Shown in pieces: positions 26,651 to 39,409 of a stretch of DNA of 64,000 bases; position 1 is the stretch's first letter, and each line of letters opens with the position of its first letter. A model generated the notes under the pieces. The model did no database searches, had not been told where the DNA came from, and saw only the letters and a list, made by a program, of their open reading frames with translations. The stretch covers positions 104,842,001-104,906,000 of the forward strand of contig NC_042999.1 of NCBI RefSeq assembly GCF_006345805.1, read 5' to 3'. The translations under genes and the position numbers were made by a program. This DNA is from Octopus sinensis (taxonomy: Eukaryota).

Positions 26651-27267
26651 ATATGTGTCTAATACATCGAATATGATGAATATGCATTATACAGCGTAAT
26701 CTCCTCTAAAATCTAAAAGCATTTACAAAGCTAACTGAAAAACAATCCTTTAAGCCCACGTTATTCTAATTATAGTATTGATAAAACAGATGCCTCGAAA
26801 TAATTTTCTAACTGTACACTTGGATATCATATCCTCAAAGCATATAAAATTGTAACTATCATTGGTATGCACCTGAACAGATGCATGCAAGAAAATATTC
26901 AAGATAAAAAAAACTCATACGCAGCATAAATCTACGGCGTTTTTAAAAGAAAATGGTTGCTGCATGTTTAAAGTTGTTATCGTATTTGAAGATATTCGTG
27001 TATTGACTGAATGGATGACAACGAAAGCATGCTGCCGTAAAGACAAATATAACATTTTCTTGCAGCACCACTGCCGGGAGCAATACAGTAGGAAAGAACT
27101 GAAATCTGTACAATTAATCTCCATTCTACAATTGATAAACAGGAAGCCATGGACCTCAAGCTGTATGTTTCATATATATGTATATGTATATGTATATGTG
27201 TATATATATTATATATATATATATACTATATATCTATATATATATATATAATTATATCTTATATATC

Positions 27268-27310
<43 letters not shown>

Positions 27311-27837
27311 GAGATAGACAGACAGACAGACAGACAGACAGCTAGAGAGCTCCATTATTGGAGCTAGTAAACAAAGTCCCTTTTAAAAATAATTTTCAAT
27401 TTAATCTACTGTTTGAAACATAAATAAAATAAAAGTGGGGTTTATTTTAGTTCGCCAAACTGCCAAACAAACAGAAAAACCACGAATGAACAACATTGGC
27501 GAACACACGAACCACTGGAAATAAAAATACATCGGAGAAATATGCGGCATTATACTACATGTGACAACAAGATCAATGGCGATAGTGACTTCTGACTAAT
27601 GGTTGCCTTTGTAGCAGTCTATGGGAACGAGAACAGTGGTGTTGTAAAATTTGGAATACGTAGTCGTGCTAGATCCCATGGACATAGATGTTTTACTAAT
27701 CTTGCAATCCACAAAGGAATGCCACAACTGTGTCCTCTAAAAATTGTTGAGAAAAGTAAAAAACTTTCTAACTTAGTGGGAAGAAACCCAGCGGCTGTAC
27801 ATGTGGAAACAAAATCCATTATTATAATTATTATTCT

Positions 27838-29085
27838 ATGTTTGACTTTTGCTTGATATTTGTACAAATTGGCTCCAGGTCTCACCCAGAGACTTCAAGA
27901 GACAACAGCTTGGAAGTTCGTGATGTTGTTATGCCTAGTGTGCCATATATTTGGTTTTGTATTGTGTGTTGTACTAGTGAATGTCAAAAAAAAAACGAAA
28001 ATTATGTTTGCTTTAAAACTTGAGATTACATAGAAAGTACTTTGCGTAGAATATGAGCAGTTCCCATGAGCACTATCTTTTAAATTTCTGCCATTTTGGG
28101 GTTTCCCGGTATCTGAGTTAGGTAGCGATCAGCCCCTTTTGCTATCATTCCCAGTGCACCTATGACAACAGGTATTGTTTTAGTCTTCAGGTTCTATTTC
28201 AAGATCTTTATATTTGCTCAGTTTTTGGTAGGTCTTGACAGATACGGTTATATCGATTGGGACAGTAATATCAATGAGGAAGCATGTTCTTTGTTTGAAG
28301 TCTTTCAATATGATGTCTGGCCTATTTACATCTATCTTTCTGTCAGTTTGAATGGGGAAGTTCCAGAGGAGTGAGATGTGGTCATTTTCAAGCATTGGAG
28401 GTGGTTTGTGTTCCCACCAGTTTTTTCATGGGGCAAATCCAGGTTTTTGCAGATTACCCAGTGAATATATTGTGCAGCTCTATCATGCCTGTTGAGATAC
28501 TCTGTAGGCGCTAGAAGACTGCACTGGGAGACAACATGATCAATGGTTTCATTTTGTTATTGACATACACGACATGTTGGGCTACTGCCGTTCTTTAATG
28601 TGTTGGCCTGCTAGTTCCTTGTTGGTAGGCATTGATCTTGAGCTGCTATGATAAACCATTCTGTTTCAGATTTTAAGCCAGAGGCTATTAGCCATTGATG
28701 GGTCAGGGCTTTGTCAGCATCTGCATTATTCGCTCTCTTTGGGTATTTGCCATAGAGAGATTTTTCTTGCCATTTATCATTCAGAATATCTAAGGCAGCA
28801 GTTTTAGCACGGGTTTTCATGCGTTTAGCTTTTTCTGTGCTTGTTTCTTGTATGTCTAATTACGAAATTTGTTGTATTCGGAATTCACTTAGATATTCCT
28901 TTGCCTGTTTTGTTACTGAGTATGATGCTTTCCTGTCTTCATGTTTTGAGACAAGTTTTAACATCCAGTCCTTAGAGTTTTTCAGGTAGGTGTCTAGGCC
29001 AATTGTAGCAATCTTCATTGTTATTGCCAGTTGTAAAAGTTCACAGCCTCCCTCTTTTCTTGGCAGATAAAGTCGTTCTATATCT
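27838..29085 (-). mobile_element. 5'-truncated R4/Dong-type RLE non-LTR retrotransposon with its 3' UTR, flanked by TAA-type repeats
   Basis: RLYLPRKEGG, W..K.L.GKY, LKSETEWFIIAAQDQCLPTRN, Zn-knuckle region, NRPDIILKD..CFLIDITVP..KLSKYKDLEIE, PVVIGALG, LMGTAHILRKVLSM*. Confidence 0.9.
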
Positions 29086-29089
29086 ATAT

Positions 29090-29116
29090 CTATTATTATT
29101 ATTATTATTATTATTA

Positions 29117-29152
<36 letters not shown>

Positions 29153-29193
29153 CATCATCATCATCATCATCATCATCATTATTATCATTATTA

Positions 29194-29225
<32 letters not shown>
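29090..29225. repeat. (TAT)n/(CAT)n microsatellite
   Basis: Directly visible. Confidence 0.95.
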
Positions 29226-29687
29226 GAGTGAGAGAGCAGTGCATGCCATCAAAGTGACACTGGGGTAAAATATACGAAGCCCAGTATACCCATCATGACT
29301 ACCCGTCTGATAAGGGTACACCAGGCACATGCATCACAACCATATGTGCGCGACATGGTGATCTCATATCAAGATAAACAGCGCATGACCTTGCAGGTGG
29401 GGCCCAGTTAGAATTTTCTTCAGGTTGAGTAGCCCATCCCGCTCAAAATGTCCCTGAATAAGGGTTGTTTAAGGATGTTGAAAGAACTACCCATGTTTCC
29501 AGCGGTGAATTATTCAAACCCCAAAGAATCCCTCTCAACACATGGCTATGATGCTCCCCCACTACTTCTGCTCGTGATCAGAGATGCACATATCGTTAGC
29601 CACTAAGGGACATGCTCAACTGGTTATGTCAAACAACTGACAAGCAAATATGTGGTATTGAGCAGAATATTTGCTGTAGCCTATCTA

Positions 29688-29688
<1 letters not shown>
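29226..29688. mobile_element. Unclassified roughly 460-bp non-coding insert between two (TAT/CAT)n arrays
   Basis: More GC-rich than its flanks, sharp borders at the microsatellites, no convincing ORF; repeat status is inferred. Confidence 0.5.
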
Positions 29689-29749
<61 letters not shown>

Positions 29750-29827
29750 CATTATTATTATTATTATTATTATTATCATTATTATTATCATCATCGTCGT
29801 CATCATCATCGTCGTCATCATCATCAA

Positions 29828-29859
<32 letters not shown>

Positions 29860-29865
29860 CCATCA

Positions 29866-29930
<65 letters not shown>
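29689..29930. repeat. (TAT)n-(CAT)n-(TAT)n microsatellite
   Basis: Directly visible. Confidence 0.95.
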
Positions 29931-29931
<1 letters not shown>

Positions 29932-30259
29932 TTCATTACATTTTAATAGGATTGGTGTAAGAGAAGTAAATAGACAATACGAAGAGCGCGATGCAATTGC
30001 AATAGATATTTTATTGGTTGTACGATATTTCGACAGCATGCCTGTCTTTTTTGTGTTCAAAAGTGATAAAAATTCAAAATTATAGAAATTCAAATCCAAA
30101 ATATAAACAAGAGTAACCGGCCTCCACACGCTGATAGAATGACATCATCAGTCTTCAAATTTCAATTTTACAACTGGCAAAAAAGAAAGAAAGAAAAAGA
30201 AAAGGAAATTCTCCTGTCATTTTATTAATTCCTCCAGCGCTTGATGTTAATAACGTGGC

Positions 30260-30950
30260 ATCTCCAGATATTCTGCCGAAACGGTGAACAGGCGTGGTCA
30301 CCGTTAGTCAAACACGTCTGTTCCCAGCTCATCTTGACTCAGCTGAAGTCTTGGGTCAACAAGAGACCCAGACAGGCCGAGTGGCATCTGGAATGTTTCT
30401 AGTTACTCACTGTCCACTACCAAGCGGGAAAGTCGGTAAGTGGAACATCCATTCTTGAGAGGGTTAGTCGTGGGAAAGTGCGATGACGCACTCGGAGAGG
30501 CGCTGGGCGTCGATGAAGTCGAACTGACCAGTCTATTCCGGAGGACTTTAGAGCCTGTGACGATGGATACCTTCTAGAAATCTCTCGCTTGGCAGTACCA
30601 CCGGGAGACACTGCCAGTTCGAGAAGAACTCTACAGATGCGCGCAGAGCAGCGAAACTGTTCTGCACGCACTCGTCCAGTGTCTATGCATTACTGATTTG
30701 TAGAGTTATGTCGAACAATTGTTGTCGCGTATAGGATAGATCAGCCGCCTTCATATGGCCAGAACAGGTACGCAATTTTCCTTTGTATGTTAGGCCAAAT
30801 TGAAAGAAGTGAAGAAAAACACTTTTCTCTTCGGCCAATCCCTTATCAACTTTTTAAAATTTCACTTGGACAGGATGAAGGTGAAGAGAGAAGTGATGAC
30901 CCCACAGTACAGGGGGAGATGTGTGCCCTTCACGAGTACTCTCGAAGCAT
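30260..30950 (+). mobile_element. Tx1/L1-type LINE 3' fragment (zf-RVT region), degraded
   Basis: WQYHRETLPVREELYRCAQSSETVLHALVQC...VEQLL resembles the L1/Tx1 C-terminal Cys-His motif. Confidence 0.6.
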
Positions 30951-31154
30951 CGGGTGGTTCAGGATTGGTGGGGTATCTGAGCCAACTCTGGATCATCTCC
31001 GCTACTGGGGGAATCTCATTGTTATATTTTTCGTTTAATGTTTATTGTTATTGTTTTCCTAATTGTTTACTCGTTCTGTGTAAAACTTCCACTGTCACCG
31101 CCCACTGTATTGTCCCCTATATGTCGGCCCTAGTGTCCAGTAAATGAAATAATT

Positions 31155-31470
31155 ATAATTATTATTATCATCATCATTCTTCTTCTTCTTCTTCTTCTTC
31201 TTCTTCTTCTTCTTCTTCTTCTTCTTCTTCTTCTTCTTCTTCTTCTCTTCTTCTTCTTCTTCTTCTTCTTCTTCTCTTCTTCTTCTTCTTCTTCTTCTCT
31301 TCTTCTTCGTTCTTCTTCTTCTTCTTCTTCTTCTTCTTCTTCTTTCTTCTTCTTTTCCTTTTCTTCTTCTTCTTCTTTTCTTTTCGAAATTTTCTTTCCA
31401 CTTGCCGAGTGTTTTCCGTACACCCAGGACAGAGAAGCTCAGTGTATGCATTCCCAAATTACACACGCAA
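31155..31470 (-). mobile_element. R4/Dong 3' terminal fragment with a long (GAA)n tail
   Basis: Minus strand of 31385-31470 matches the 3' UTR at 41367-41450 (GGTGTACGGAAAACACTCGGC..GAAAATTT). Confidence 0.8.
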
Positions 31471-31756
31471 ATTCACAGAGACATATTAGGTACTAGTGTC
31501 GATGTAATAGACTACTCACCCTCAAAATTGCAGCTGTTTTCCGTAGCACGACCGTCTAGGCTATGTAGTTATTACTATTTCTTGAGATATAGTTAGAAAT
31601 AGTTTCCTTTTCCTATGTCATATATCACACAACATTGACGATCAGTGGTAATTTTTCGGATTTCATAACCCAATTGTTGGTGATTTCCGTCTCTACGACT
31701 TTAAACTTGTTACTTATATCTCTAGCAGTTTTGTCGGCACCTTAGAAGCTAGATTT

Positions 31757-32095
<339 letters not shown>

Positions 32096-32735
32096 CTAAC
32101 AACCGATATATAATGGACCTAGCAAAGCTCATTCACGTTTATTCTTAGAGCCTAACATTAAATATTTGTACATGATGCTCCCGCAATTATCAATTTGACA
32201 TCAAACATTTCAAAATACGTAATGAAAGCGAATTTAAGGATGTATATACAATCACACGAAATAATCCATAGAACGAGAAATATATATTTTTCAACTGCAA
32301 CTTCAAGAGCTGTGAATGCAAATATATCCTCAATTAAATTTCAGATCTTAATATATCTGTAGCTTTATTCAAGTGAATTGATATATATATTAAATATGCT
32401 CTCTTATATAATAAAGCTTTATAATATTTTATGATTCTCAGTTGAACATCAGTAGAACAAAAGCATTTCAGATGGAAAAAACCTGACAATTGGGAATAAC
32501 GTATTTAGTTAAACTGATATTTTGAAAATATGGCGTTATTTTAATGTGGCAAAATAGGAGGCTCTTGAAAAAGTCAATGTTGTAACTTTGAATTTTATGA
32601 TACGTTTCATATGCAATATGAAACGTATTCTAGTTTTTCATTTAAATACCCATAGTAGCAAATGACTGTGCCTGTTCAAAGATATTACGTAACGCACCAC
32701 TGATGTGAGGGCTGGTGATAACCATACATATAGGC

Positions 32736-32772
<37 letters not shown>

Positions 32773-32837
32773 ATGCATAGTATATATATATGTATGTATA
32801 TATATTATATATACACATATATATGTATATACATACG

Positions 32838-32869
<32 letters not shown>

Positions 32870-32891
32870 GTGTGTGTGTATGTGTGTGTAT

Positions 32892-33035
32892 ACAGGTGTG
32901 GTTGTGCGGTAAGAAGCCTGCTTCACAAACACATGACCCCGCATAGCACCTTGGGCAAGTGTCTTCTACTATAGTCTTGGGCAGACCAAAGCCTTGTGAA
33001 TGGATTTGCTACATGGAAACTGAGAGAAACCGTCG
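32892..33035 (+). mobile_element. CORE-type SINE, family A, 5' half
   Basis: GTGGTTGTGCGGTAAGAAGCCTGC...GCACCTTGGGCAAGTGTCTTCTACTATAG. Confidence 0.82.
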
Positions 33036-33061
33036 AGTATATAAATATATATATATACATA

Positions 33062-33151
<90 letters not shown>

Positions 33152-33170
33152 AAATATGTATATATATATA

Positions 33171-33540
33171 TACTCTTTTACTCTTTTACTTGTTTCAGTC
33201 ATTTGACTGCGGCCATGCTGGAGCACCGCCTTTAGTCGAGCAAATTGACCCCGGGACTTATTCTTTGTAAGCCCAGTACTTATCCTATCGGTCTCTTTTG
33301 CCGAACCGCTAAGTGACGGGGACGTAAACACACAAGCATCGGTTGTCAAGCAATGCTAGCGGGACAAACACAGACACACAAACACACACACACATACATA
33401 TATAAATATACATATATACGACAGGCTTCTTTCAGTTTCCGTCTACCAAATCCACTCACAGGGCATTGGTCGGCCCGGGGCTATAGCAGAAGACACTTGC
33501 CCAAGATGCCACGCAGTGGGACTGAACCCGGAACCATGTT
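33171..33540 (-). mobile_element. CORE-type SINE, family A, nearly full length
   Basis: (AAGAGTA)n-type tail, internal CA/TA repeat, CORE-like CTTGGGCAAGTG, B box GGTTCAGTCCC. Confidence 0.9.
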
Positions 33541-34220
33541 GTTTAGCAAATATATATATATATATTATGTTATATTAAATTAGAGATAAAACCACTATTA
33601 AACAAATCAAACAGTGAAAATCATAAGCCAATACTTAGAAATAAAATTAATTTAAATATATAAAAGTTAAAATTTAAAAATTATTTAAATAATTTAAACT
33701 TATAAATTTTAAATGTATGTATTTTGATATTTAATTATGCTTACTGTTCGTTTTTCGACATCAGTGGCAGACGCCATAAGAAAAACTTATATCTATTTGC
33801 AAAGGAGCCTTCACTTTCATCGCTACCTGGTGGTTACCGCTCGTTGACGAGGGACAACCATCCCGAGACTAGTTCAAGCGTATTACTCAGGCTTGCGTGG
33901 AAGGGATGGCCTCCCTTTGCAAATACTCCAAAGATACAGATATTGTGTTTAGAGCCAGCTAGAGACGAAGATCTCTTGGGGCTATAAAGCTACGGTAACA
34001 ACCCCCTCCCCAATGTGGTTAGCCATGATAAGATGGCTTCTATAGATAATATAATAATTATACTTATAAAAGAATCTATTATCAAACTAGAAACTTAAAA
34101 CTTAACGATTATGATTATATCAAAACATCTATTATAATGTTAAATATTAATTTTAATTTTTAGGTATTAATTTTTAAGGTAAGAAACCCACCAATAATCT
34201 AATATCTGTAATAGTCAATA

Positions 34221-34279
<59 letters not shown>

Positions 34280-35329
34280 CACAACAGATGAAATCCAGAG
34301 ATTCTCTGTATAGGAGACATTTAGTAGTGCACAAAAGATGAGATACAAAAGTAGACTCCGCTGTCTTTGCAGGGGAGCAATCCCACAGGGCAAAATAGCT
34401 ATCACAGGTGTCAAGTTGAGCGGATATAGAGGCGATTATATGGATAAACAAATTAGATATATTAAATATAAGAGTTTGTGTATGAAATACAAAATATGCA
34501 TATATACATATATGCAAAATGAGAGAAAGCAAAAAGTGGAGACTTTCAGACGATGAATATTTAAGTATAGTGATATTTATATTAATAGAGTCAATTTACA
34601 CAGAGTACAAACGACAGAGAAAATATCAATCATAATGTTGATGGATATAGTTTATTACAATATGCAGCCGTATAGAAGTAATCGACATTGGATAAGACAA
34701 GTCTGCATCATCAGGGTAGAAAAGATCTTATATTTCTGATCTTAATGAAGAGAAGTTCAAAGATGTACTCTGAGTAAGTTGGATCTAGTTATATACATAC
34801 ACCTACCATCAAATTCCATCTGACACACTCGTCTCTAACTGTCTTGTGGCCTCTACTGTCATAATTATTGACTACTCCAACACAAAAATCTCACGATCAC
34901 TTTTTACTGTTGCTGATTGCTTATTAAACTTAAAATCTGCGAGACCGATCTAATCTGTCAAGACAGGCTTGGAAATGTTCTGAAGAACATATTTGATGAA
35001 TGAAACCGACCATAGCCTTCGTTTTTCTGTGCGCAGAAGTTCCATAACATCTCGATTAAAGCCCTAACAAAACATAAATTTCCTTTCCTCTACTGTATAA
35101 TCCATGAATCCCCAAAGGGTATATTTTGCCTAAACGCGTTTTTTCGGAGCTGTGACTATCTTTAATTTCCTGCATACTTACATGCATCTTTAATCGCAGA
35201 CTTGTCCTATAAACGTGTGAGACAAACATCACCTACTCTAAGGGTGTAGTTTTAGACTAAATAATTATTTGTACTCTAGGAACAAAGCCTTGAAAATTTT
35301 GAGGAAAGGGGGTTAGTCGATTACATTGT

Positions 35330-35470
35330 TCTGAGTGCATAACTAGTACTTATTTCATCATTGCCGAAAAGATGAATGGCAAAGTCAACTTCGGCAGAAT
35401 TCGAACTCAGAGTGTAAAGACGGGCGAAATACTTCTAAGCATTTCAGCCGGCGTGCTAACGATTCTGCCA
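35330..35470 (-). mobile_element. tRNA-derived SINE, family B
   Basis: CTGGCAGAATCGTTAGCACGCCGG...CTGAGTTCGAATTCTGCCGAAGTTGAC on the minus strand. Confidence 0.82.
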
Positions 35471-35735
35471 GTTCACCGCCTTTGTTTAAGAATAAATAAC
35501 GAAATAAATTTTAGTGATCTATGTGAAACTGCGGTTGATATTTTAAAGCAAGTCTTAGAAAGTCAACGAAAGGTTTACTGCTAAGAGAGGACTCAATACT
35601 GAGTGTAGACTCAAATTCACACTAAATATGTCAATGTCCCTTTATTCAAGAATCTCTCTTTTAGATATCTTCCTTTGCGATCTCAATACTTCGCCGTCCA
35701 TAGATCTGTCTATAGATGAGATGTATTTGAGAGAG

Positions 35736-35737
<2 letters not shown>

Positions 35738-35779
<42 letters not shown>

Positions 35780-35785
35780 GGATAG

Positions 35786-35842
<57 letters not shown>
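35738..35842. repeat. (GATA)n(GA)n microsatellite
   Basis: Directly visible. Confidence 0.95.
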
Positions 35843-36908
35843 TTTACTGGATTGATACTTCATTTATATAATCAGAGAAAACGAAAACAAGGTTAAAAGC
35901 AAGATTTGAACCCACAATGCTGAAAATCCCAAATTTCTAGAAAAGTGTCTGTCCGACAATCTGAGAACTGTGCTACTTTACTGTACTATTCACTTAGTCT
36001 TTAGTGAGAACTATTAAAGCTTACACAGAGTAAAAACGACAGAGAAAATATCAATCATAATGTTGGTGGGTGTAGTTTATCACAATATGCGGCCGTATGG
36101 AAGCAATCAACATTGGATAAGACAAATCTCCATCATCAGGGTAGAAAAGATCTTATATTTCTGATCTTAATGCAGTAAAGTTCAAAGATGTACGCTAAGT
36201 TGGATCTAGCTACATACATACACCTACTTACTACATTAAATATGTTGGACCTTACTTATGTATAAATTGTAATGGTCTGTAATACAAATATCTCTCACTG
36301 CTGAGTTTCTCATGGTAGCGTAGAATATCTCGATTATATGGAATTTGCAAGTGTATAGAATATTCAAAGGAATGGAATAATACATTATCTACGTAGAGAA
36401 GTTAGAGATAATGGTAAAAAAATTGTTGATGGAAGAGCGTCACTTCATGACATACTTTTATAGCTCCATCTAACACAAGCATTCGAAACATGCGATTACG
36501 GACGAAAGGAATCTATTTCACGAAAAGTTTCCCATTCCAGACAACGTCCGAGGCAGAGGTAGTGTGTAATAACATCTTTTTCTCACAATATGCTGAACGC
36601 GGGAAGTGTAGCTTATTATGCCAAACAATAAGTTTACATTGAGAGACATATATCTATGGATTTCTGCGAATGAATTGTACGCCACGTTCGACTGTTTAGA
36701 GTATTTTTTCTAGCTACATACGATTCGAGTTAACAACTACTTGCTGCATTTTTTGTTCAGTACCTTAACAACGCAATTACATGCATTTTCCCCACTTAAG
36801 ATATACACTAATTATAATTTTGATCGAGAATTCTAAATTTTATATATATATATATATATATAAAATATATATATATATTATGTATATATGTATATATATT
36901 ATGTATAT

Positions 36909-36988
<80 letters not shown>

Positions 36989-37803
36989 TAAACAATAAAA
37001 GTAACAACACAAAAACTAAATAATGAAGCTACTTTTCAGAAACAGCAAATCTTACTTTGTAATCGCAAAATTATGAGTTCCTCGTGCTTTGAAACTTGCA
37101 GCTATCCATCGACCATTTGTTCCTGGTGATTACAGTTTTCTCAATTGCTAAGCAGCAATGGCCATTAATACTGGAGTCAACAGGTTTTCTGTCGAAAAAT
37201 TAGGGAATATTCCGGCACATAATGACAGTAACGAGGACATTAATTGATGGACATTTACAAGATAAGCTTTGATGAAATTCATTTTTTCTTTATTTTTTGG
37301 TATTTATCTGCGAAATTGCGTAAACTAAAACAACAGAAAAAAAAGCCTAAATAAAACGAATACTCTGTAAATGAAATACAGACTTACGTATAGAGAAATG
37401 TGAAGCCATGCAGATAGTCTCGATGCATATATACAAGCGAATATGATATATTTCTATACACAAACACACACACAAACACACATACAAAAACACACATAGA
37501 AACACGCAGGCATGCGTACTCACTGGCTTGTGCATACATACACAAAAGCCACACAAACGCATAAGCATGTATGTAGAGAATTAAATCAGATATAAGTTAA
37601 AGCTTGGGAACACTCAGACAAAAACAATGTTTTCATAATGGTGGTTTTTTTATCAATCTATGCGTATATAAAATACTACTAAAATAAACACACACACACA
37701 CACATGTATATATGTAAGTACAGAATCTCACAGATGCACACATACGCATAAGTATATGTATGTGAATATATAAATATATAAATCTTTATAGATATATATA
37801 TAT

Positions 37804-37848
<45 letters not shown>

Positions 37849-38604
37849 TATATATATACATGTACATATATAGATATATCTTAATGATTTTCTAAATATG
37901 ATTGGTGAAAAATAAATATAGAATAATTGCAGAAAAAGCAAATTGAAAATACAAGTGAAAGCTGAAATTCTTAAAGCTGCTTCGGTGAAATGTTAAATAC
38001 TTTCCAAAATTCAAAATTACTATTTCATAATTTTCAATTTTTATATATTATTTTATGTATAAGTTTTCTCGTCGGCTGTTTCTTTTAATAGTTTAGTTTC
38101 TGATAGGAACTGGAATTTATGTGTTTACTAAAGGTGATAAACCTCCGACAATTTCCTCATTTTGCGTATATCTAATTTCAGATTCATGGCTTGACTTACT
38201 ACTAGTTTTCAGACATGTATATCATTGGAGAAGTGTTCTGTGTTCATAGGAATACATGTATATCTCCCTAAAAGAGTAAATATTACTTGGCTTGTTTGTG
38301 TGTGCGTGCACGTGTATTAAGCCAGCTATTCTCAGGGACACACAGCCACGTGCCCACTCGCAGACCAATGTATATGGATCTCTGTTGGATTCGACGATTA
38401 GTTTTCCAGTTGTTCGCCCAAATGAACTTAAACTTACTTTATGATTGAATGATAGTTTAAGTATATCTACATGCACTTACATATATTTATACACCTACAT
38501 GTATACATACGCATACACACATACATAAATGTATATACGCACGCACACACACACACACACACACACAAATATACATGTTTATATGTATATATGTGTGTAT
38601 CTAT

Positions 38605-38945
38605 AGTGTAATCACCCGACATAACATCAGAAACCGGACATTGTTGCGGTGAATCAAAAACGAAGAACAATGTGAAAGAAGAAGACAAAATAAACAACTA
38701 TGACGATTTGAAGTGGGAGATACGAAGGTTGTGGTAAAGGAAAAGGGTAAACGTGATACCAATAGTAATTGGTGCACTTGGAAGTATCAGCGCTCAACTA
38801 CCAACATAGCTGAAAAAAGATCAGTAGAAGTGCGAAGGTAGAACACCTTACAAAATCAGCATTGCCTGGAGCTGCAAGAATTCTTTGTAGGGTTCTTGAA
38901 GCATGACCAGTTAACAAGTATCACCTTAGTCTGCTGGCTGTGAGT
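38605..38945 (+). mobile_element. R4/Dong RLE C-terminal fragment followed by (TAA)n
   Basis: KPDIV, EEDKINNYDDLKWEIRRLW, VIPIVIGALGS, GAARIL.RVLEA*. Confidence 0.8.
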
Positions 38946-38977
38946 TTTCATATAATAATAAAATAATAATAATAATA

Positions 38978-39030
<53 letters not shown>

Positions 39031-39044
39031 GTAATAATCCTTTC

Positions 39045-39215
39045 TACTATAGGCACAAGGCCTGAAATTTCGGGATTAGTCGATTACTCGACTGGTAATT
39101 ATTTTATTGACCCCGAAAAGATGAAAGGCAAAGTTAACCCCGGCGGAATTTGAACTCAGAATATAAAGACGGACAAGATACCGGTAAGCATTTGGCTTGG
39201 CGTGCTAACAATTCC
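39045..39215 (-). mobile_element. tRNA-derived SINE, family B, with (ATT)n tail
   Basis: GTTAGCACGCCAAGC...CTGAGTTCAAATTCCGCCGGGG...GGCCTTGTGCCTATAGTAGAAAGGATTATT. Confidence 0.82.
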
Positions 39216-39234
39216 GCTAGGTCACTGGCTCAAT

Positions 39235-39307
<73 letters not shown>

Positions 39308-39336
39308 TAATAATAATAATGATAATAATAATAATA

Positions 39337-39379
<43 letters not shown>

Positions 39380-39409
39380 GGAATAATACGAGGAATAATA
39401 ATAAGAGGA

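Larger units (their letters stand above)
34596..36227 (+). repeat. Direct duplication of about 210 bp (34596-34806 and 36021-36227)
   Basis: TTACACAGAGTA.AAACGACAGAGAAAATATCAATC...ATACACCTAC in both copies, 1425 bp apart, with scattered substitutions. Confidence 0.92.

Noticed and set aside
33724-33987. GC-richer patch with an 87-aa ORF
   Set aside because: No family motif recognised on either strand; may be a TE remnant or chance ORF.
34700-36145. CTGATGA on the minus strand in both copies of the 210-bp duplication
   Set aside because: No GAAA...NUH core or stem I follows in either copy, so it is not called a hammerhead.
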